Below are positions 57,501 through 64,000 of a stretch of 64,000 bases of DNA, piece by piece. Source of the stretch: Oculina patagonica (taxonomy: Eukaryota); NCBI RefSeq assembly GCF_052425735.1, contig NC_135761.1:63922001-63986000 (forward strand). Direction: 5' to 3'. The notes below the pieces were generated by a model. That model did not search any database. It was not told where the DNA came from and saw only the letters and a list, made by a program, of their open reading frames with translations. Numbering within the stretch: the stretch's first letter is position 1; every line of letters starts with the position of its first letter. A program made the position numbers and the translations under genes.

Positions 57501-57756
57501 CTTTTCTAGCGTTATTATCTGCTAATCCAAACACCTCAGTGAAGGGGAAATTGTGGATCGACTGTGAAACAAGTAAACAATGCCTGCACTCATGTTTTTT
57601 ACGTCTAAGTTTCGGGGTTCAAGCCCGGTCATAGTTTTCTTGCTATGTATCGGTCTATATATCTAAAACAAATAAAGCGAATATAGGTACAGTGTGCTTA
57701 CCACGCGGCAATGCGAGAGCCAGAAGGATAAGAACAGAGACATCCAAACCAGTCAT
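54584..57756 (-). CDS. Ly6/uPAR (three-finger, quiver-like) GPI-anchored protein, about 170 aa; exons 57756-57702, 55658-55462, 54844-54584
   Basis: Signal peptide MTGLDVSVLILLALALPR (phase 1), ISCYTC start, SCCQEDGC end motif, hydrophobic C-terminal tail; canonical GT-AG with consistent phases. Confidence 0.85.
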
Positions 57757-59161
57757 GTTGATCAGTTCAAAAATACGAATACAAAATAAATGGACATATT
57801 TCACTCGCGTCAGTGAATACAATGTCAAATATTTTGATTATTTTTTTTGTTTTTGTTTGTGGGACGAATTTCAATAGTACATAATGTATCTTTAATTTTT
57901 TTAAAAATAATGATTGTATTTTATATACATATACAACACTACATCAATTACATTTACCTACACCATAACATGCAACGGTTATAACTAGTATACCTAAATG
58001 GTAGAAGTGCTGCCAAAGGGGAAGAACGATTTAGTAGTATGCTTGCAGTAACTGATTTAGTTAAGGCCCCTAGCAAAAATATGGTATTATGCCGAAAAAA
58101 ACAAAAGGGACAAAACAAGAACAAATAAAAAGAAAATACAAAAAGTTAAGAAACTATTTACAATTTTACATCAAATAACGGACTTAAACGCAAAGCCTTC
58201 AGCGTTCGCATTGTGTCGGGGATTGAGTTCCACGCCTTGCTTACACCAGGCTACTTCCCCTATTGAGTGGCATAAAAAGGCACTGCAGTAAAATTAGGCT
58301 GAAGAGAGCTTCGTGTCGATTCGAGTGAACTTTTTTCTTACAAAATTTGCCTTGAAAAGCAGAGTATTTAACATGTTTCAGTTTACTTTGTGCGGGCTGA
58401 AAATCCAAGATGTCACTTGTTTGAAATCCTGCATTGCGCTTGGTCACATATCAAAACGCTGCAAAACGCAATCAACGAGGCCGACAAATTGGCGCTCGTT
58501 TCTGGTTTGGCCTTTGGGTACAATAACAATTTGCTCGTACTAAAAAATAACGAGAAATACTTTGCGCATCATGGACATTTTTCATTGCTATATATTGTTA
58601 ACTATAAAGATTACCGAAAAAACGGAACAACATTTTGGTGAGTGGCACCATTATCAAGTATGTGACGAGAAAAAAAACTAATTTATACTGAAAGTAAAGG
58701 TGCGAAATAGAATAAATTAAATTGTAACTTTTCAGCGTTCATGTCATTCCAGTGAGGTGTCAAAAATGATAATGAGAGCTTCGTCTGCATCTTCCGCCAT
58801 TATTCACAAAGCATTAGCACAAAGATCACATTGAATTCCACTGCACATCCTGAATCTTCCATTCGCGCATAACCACAATTCCTTGCGCCTTTGATGCGCA
58901 TCCTAAATCTTCCGTTCGCGCATAACCACAATTCCTTGCGCCTTTGATCTTTCCGCCGACCACAATTCCTTGCGTTTTGAAGAAAAAAGCGATTGCAAGC
59001 CCTTTTAAGTAATCCTTTTGCCGATTAGAGAGCTGCCTCGCTCGTTCGCTTCAGGCTCACTTCGCTGCGGCAGCAATTATAACATTAAAAGAAACCATTA
59101 TGACAACATCATAATGGGATTTTATGACAAGGCATCCGTGAAGGCAGGGGCCCCCAGGCTA

Positions 59162-59203
59162 CAACCTCGTCCCCAGGGAAAAGCGCCCTGGGGACGAGGT
59201 TGC
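59162..59203. repeat. Tiny palindromic element
   Basis: caacctcgtccccaggg-aaaagcg-ccctggggacgaggttg. Confidence 0.8.
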
Positions 59204-60247
59204 CCATGGCCCAGTCTAAGGTGTGTGACGTATTGCGAGTATTTCGTTTCCAACCAATCACGATCAACCGACTTCGGGATGTCAAAGTTCTTAAGCGTGT
59301 TCTACAATGCACTCGCCACTTTTGCATGCGCTCACTGTTCACATGGCTTGGCTGTCAGTGTATTTTTTAATTTTCCACCTCCTCCCCTTCCGCTGCCTGT
59401 GGATTACTGCCGTAGTTTACCGATATATTTTGTACTTTAGTGTTTTATCTACGATTTTAGTAACTGGCGGTTTTTCCCCCACCTTTGCCGAGGAGATATT
59501 TGTTTAGTGTATATCGGCAGATCTTGAAAAGAAACTTCGTCACCTTTAATGGCCAAATTTACTCCAACTAAAGCCTCTGTGTTTAATAAAGCAGTCTTCA
59601 GCAAACGAGTGCGACGCCATGTACAGCTCTCGATCGTGTACAGTATACTATCTTTTTCCTCATATTGCTACAAAATGACTTGTAATAAAAGGTAAATAAA
59701 AACCCACTTGCATATTAATTACTTGGATAATGTATCTTTTGATGCTTTACAGAATTATATATAAAAAAAAACAGATGCAGTACGCGTCACAAGCGGGTAA
59801 GGCATTATGGGTACATTTATATTTCTAACTGTTGCCCTTTCTTTCATTGTAATACATGCAGTAAAAAATTATTATTTTTTAAATAATTTTTTAAAAATAA
59901 TTTCTTCTCCTTCGCAAGACAAAAATTCCAGGGATAGGGACAAAATCAATGACTACTTTACTGAGAAATCAATTCTTGGTTGTAATTACATGGTTCAAAT
60001 CCAAACGTTACGTTGCAAGGACAAACGAAGAGAAAAACTACGGGTCCATTTGTTTTCACTGGCGGGGGGGGGGGGGAGGGGGTTGATCCGATTATCATGT
60101 GTACGTAATATTAACACGTGACCCCTCCGAGCCAATTAAGACCTTGTTCTAAAAGGGACGCTTTAAGAACCCGGGCCAAACTTAATTAAGCTTGTAAACC
60201 GCTCCCTTTTATCGCTGTCTGAAGTATAGCCGTTTGCAGCTTTGAAC

Positions 60248-60296
60248 ATGAAAAACTTTGTGGTCTTAGTACTCTCTGTGGTGGCCCTACCATGTG
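60248..60296 (+). CDS. Signal-peptide first exon (MKNFVVLVLSVVALPC, phase 1), probable Ly6-like paralog
   Basis: ATG, hydrophobic stretch, G|GTGAGT donor; same phase and ALP ending as the Ly6 gene exon 1. Confidence 0.6.
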
Positions 60297-62068
60297 GTGA
60301 GTACATTCAGTTATTTAGCTTGTTTAACCTAATTCGAATCTCATACACGTTACATTAATGTGGTTATTTCGTTCTATAATCTCATACGTAAGCACGCTGG
60401 TAAATGTACACAGGGTGCGCGCATGGTCTTAATATATAAGTGATGTACTTTTTATTGAAAACAATCCATCCCTCATTTAAGACACATCTGTGTAGGTTTA
60501 CGATACCACTCGAACACTGTTTCGCGTAATCGCGGAATCAAGACTTTAACTTATGCAAAATTTGCGTTTGAATTGTTCAAAGTTCTTCAGTTTGCTGTGA
60601 CTTTTGCAGAGCTATATATTTATCCTATTTTTTTTGGCACAAACGAAAACTTTTCACTTATGAACTCTGTTTCGATTTACAGTGTTTTGATCTTCCTGCT
60701 ATTTATATATAGGTCTAAAAAGCTAAGACATTAGACTTTTCGAGCTTTGAAAGCGAAGGCCTCATTCAAAGTCCTCGCTATCCTAGAAACTTTTGCGTAC
60801 CACGTGGTCAAGCGTGGGATTGGGTTTTGGGCGCGTCTTAGTCAATTTTTGTCAATTTAAGACACTAATTTGGAAATCCGTACACGGGTAGTTTCGCTAC
60901 CCATTTATGTATTATGAATTGTGTGTAATCGGAAACATTTTTGTATAGTATTCGATGATTTGCTGCAATCTTGACTCGAAAATAGTGCATAAAGCAAATT
61001 TATTCTGTTTTGTGTGTCTCGCGTAAATTCAACCGAAATGAATAATCGCAGGGGGCCCACCCCCGCCGTTTGGGTGCTCTTTTGTTTTTCTGTAGTGAAG
61101 CTATGGGATTAAATGCTTTGGAATAAACGTGTGTATATTCTTTAATAAAAACGTGCTCATATTCTTAAGTGGTTTACCTGATGCGAGAAGGTAAAATCGA
61201 CGTCAGTTTTCTTGCTGGTAATTGGTTACATGAGTAAAACGGTCAAATTAAGTAATTGTTAATGAACAGTTAGTCTACGGCGTGATAGCAGATGTACATA
61301 GTCACAACACCTGTAAATACCTGTTAACAGTTTCCACACGATGTTTATATCATCTAGTATACTTTCTTGTCGAAGAAAGCACGAAAATTTTGACAGTTGT
61401 TATAGGAAACGTTTTTGCCAATTAGCAAGTGGAATAGTGATGAAATGAACCACGGTTAGCTTAAAAATTTAAGAAATGATCTTCGCAACTGCGTTTACAA
61501 TTTTTACAGCAATTGTAAACAGTTAAAAAACTATTAAAGTTTTTTTTGAGATATCGAAGGATTTAAGTTTATGATTCAGGTCCCAGTCTACCGAAAATCA
61601 GTCATTAGTAATTATCATCTAAAGAAAATTAAACAATACGGCCTCAGAAAGCGGCCTTTTTGGGCGTCTTATGATTACAATAGATGCCGCTGTGAAAAGC
61701 ATAATAAACGACCAACCTTTGTTAATTTATGTTTGGCAAAAGTTGAGCGAGTTAAGGTGAGAAGCCAAAGTGCGAAAGAAGCAGGCGACCACGCTACTGC
61801 CATAAAATAAAATACAGCGGCAAACGGGCGATCGATTGCATGGCAGAATTCCAGATTATTGAAAATAAACGAGAATGATATAATTACATTACATTGTAAT
61901 GGGCCTGACCGGATTGTCACGTGTGCTAGTGTTACGCAAATTTTTTGCTTATTTGACCAGAAGAGCCAATAAGAATAAAGCCCTGATCTGTAAGGGACGC
62001 CGCAAGATTAAGCTTCGTATATCTAAATCGCTCTTTCACAACTGAAGAAGCCGTTTTTAGCTTTCATC

Positions 62069-62117
62069 ATGAAAACTTTCGTGGCCTGTGTTGTTTTAGC
62101 GGTAGCCCTACCATGCG
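62069..62117 (+). CDS. Second signal-peptide first exon (MKTFVACVVLAVALPC, phase 1)
   Basis: Paralog of the 60248 exon including upstream sequence; G|GTAAGT donor; downstream exons not seen in the window. Confidence 0.6.
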
Positions 62118-62321
62118 GTAAGTACGTTTCCTTTTACAAGCTACGATTTGTCGGCCTGATTTGTTCCAAGCAAATCAGACACGCTGCGCTTCGATGGCCC
62201 AATTTTCTTTGCCTTATTTGAATTGCGAGCATGAAAATCGGACCGATTTCTAAAATCTGTGGCACTGCAAAATATTTTTTTTTAAATCGTGCCGTTTTTT
62301 AACTGCGCACTCATTTTCTTA

Positions 62322-62530
62322 CCACTAGCGACGCAAGCACAAGCGCAAGCATAAGCGCAATCACGCAAAAAGGACAAATTGTTGGAGTGCTTGCCGGAAT
62401 CACAAGCACAAGCATAAAACTGCAATGCGCTTGTGCTTCGAAGCGAAGCCGTTTTTAACGGTGAAATAAGAGCTGTTATTCTTGCGCTTGTCTTGCGCTT
62501 GTGCTTGAGCTTGTGCTTGCGTCGCTAGTG
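62322..62530. mobile_element. MITE with gcacaa/ttgtgc sub-repeats
   Basis: TIR cactagcgacgcaagcacaagc / gcttgtgcttgcgtcgctagtg. Confidence 0.75.
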
Positions 62531-64000
62531 AAAACAAGGCTTTGCGCATACGAACCGAATCGAATGAATTAAATAGACATAATAATCGAAGGGTTGGGCG
62601 GTGGCACGCTGATTATTTTCGAGACATGAAGATTTGTTACGAGTTTCTAGCTTTTTAAGAGATCCCCGGTTTTTTAAGCGTAGTGTGTAAAAACTGGGAG
62701 GGAAAGATACGAAATTTAAACACAAGTTCAATTCATTCAACACTGCAAATGGCGGCAAGTCGCAGCGGGCATCATCCGCGAAAAGTTCACACTAAAATTA
62801 TGTCATTGCGATTGAGTCTTTTGACGGGGTATATAACTAACAAATCGCCAAAAGGCCAACCGAATCCAGTAACTGCAAAAAATAATTTTGAAGAAGTAAA
62901 ACGCAAAGCCACCATATTGCTAAAAGCCAACATTTCGCCAACATATCGCTAACTTGAAAACCAACATATCGCTAAAGCCAAAATATCGCTTAAGCCAAAA
63001 TATCGCTAAAGCCACGATATCTCTAAAGGCCAACATTTTGCCAGTGACTTCAACAAATAATTTTGAACAAGTAGGACTCTAGGTTAGACAATAGTTTGGA
63101 AATCTACAGCAAGGTCGTAAGTGTATTTAGTTGGTTTGTGGCATGAAAGAATACTAATTATGCGGTTTTTCGAGGAATAAAAGACACTGGTTTTCTCTGT
63201 TCTGATCGAAGTCCAATATTATTCAAGATCTTTGCAAAACATTGCTATTTTCGACTCAGTAGGGTCGAGTTAAATACGGAAAATGTATTTTGTAAAACAT
63301 AACATGTAAATCAGTTGCGTCTAGAGATTATGATAATCAACTTTGAGTAAGAGGTGGTGTCCTTTTCTGAACGTACCACCTTTTGGACCTGTAAAATTTA
63401 ATCCTTTGGCAGCAACTAAAACCAATTGTGTCTTCCCTTAGCGAGTCTGGTAAGCCTTCCAAGGACACAGCACAAGAACTAAACTGCTGAAATAAATGCA
63501 ACTCCAATTTACATTTACTTCGCTGACTGTAATGAAATTAACAAAAGAATTATACAAAATATTTGCTTAGGAAAGGAACTGAAGATAATAAATTAACATA
63601 CTGTAGAAAGAGCGCGAATGCTTTTTTCAAAAATGGTCTTTAATTCAGCTGAAATGAGCCAGTGTTGATGAGAAAAAAACTATAAGCTTTACAAGGTGAC
63701 CAAGAGTTTCCTGTGTGTATCTTTACTTTCATTTTAAGAAATTTAATTTGTTTGTTTTTTGGCTCAGTGGGGTTTTTACAGATACTAGTTAGACAAAGCT
63801 TCCTGCGGCATTGTAAAACAAAAATATGTATCCTTAAAAACAACATATCGGACCCTTAACGTGAATTAATTCGTAATCGATTATTCTCAAGGCGGTGGAA
63901 GTGTTTAAGCTCCAAACAAAATTATTATAAATTTTAAGCGAATCCACTAAAACTTAGTAGGAATATTTGCGGATGAATGTGAAGATTGGACTAAAATCCT

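Overview
Eukaryotic (animal) genomic DNA. It is most likely an anthozoan or stony coral, inferred from the AT-rich background, repeat families and gene types rather than from a database. The centrepiece is a structurally complete 20.8-kb Maverick/Polinton (adintovirus-like endogenous DNA virus) at 7157-27995, with 859-bp terminal inverted repeats (AGTAGT...ACTACT) and a perfect 6-bp target-site duplication (GATATT). It encodes protein-primed PolB, rve integrase with chromodomain, major capsid, a penton split by one in-frame TAG, adenain protease, packaging ATPase, a parvovirus-type PLA2, several Arg-rich core-like proteins, a GRF zinc-finger protein, a DnaQ/Maelstrom-like nuclease and orphans. 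The most striking non-coding signal is just upstream of the apparently spliced PolB unit: four STAT/GAS motifs followed by four NF-kB-like motifs, suggesting replication may be wired to host immune signalling. The element sits in a tandem cluster of secreted coiled-coil/pentraxin genes (minus strand), where paralogous empty sites are visible; one copy is disrupted by a Helentron-like insertion. The right part holds nested MITEs, Penelope and RTE fragments, a SINE, a 3-exon Ly6/three-finger-like GPI-anchored gene and two duplicated signal-peptide exons. There is an assembly gap at about 42792-42934.
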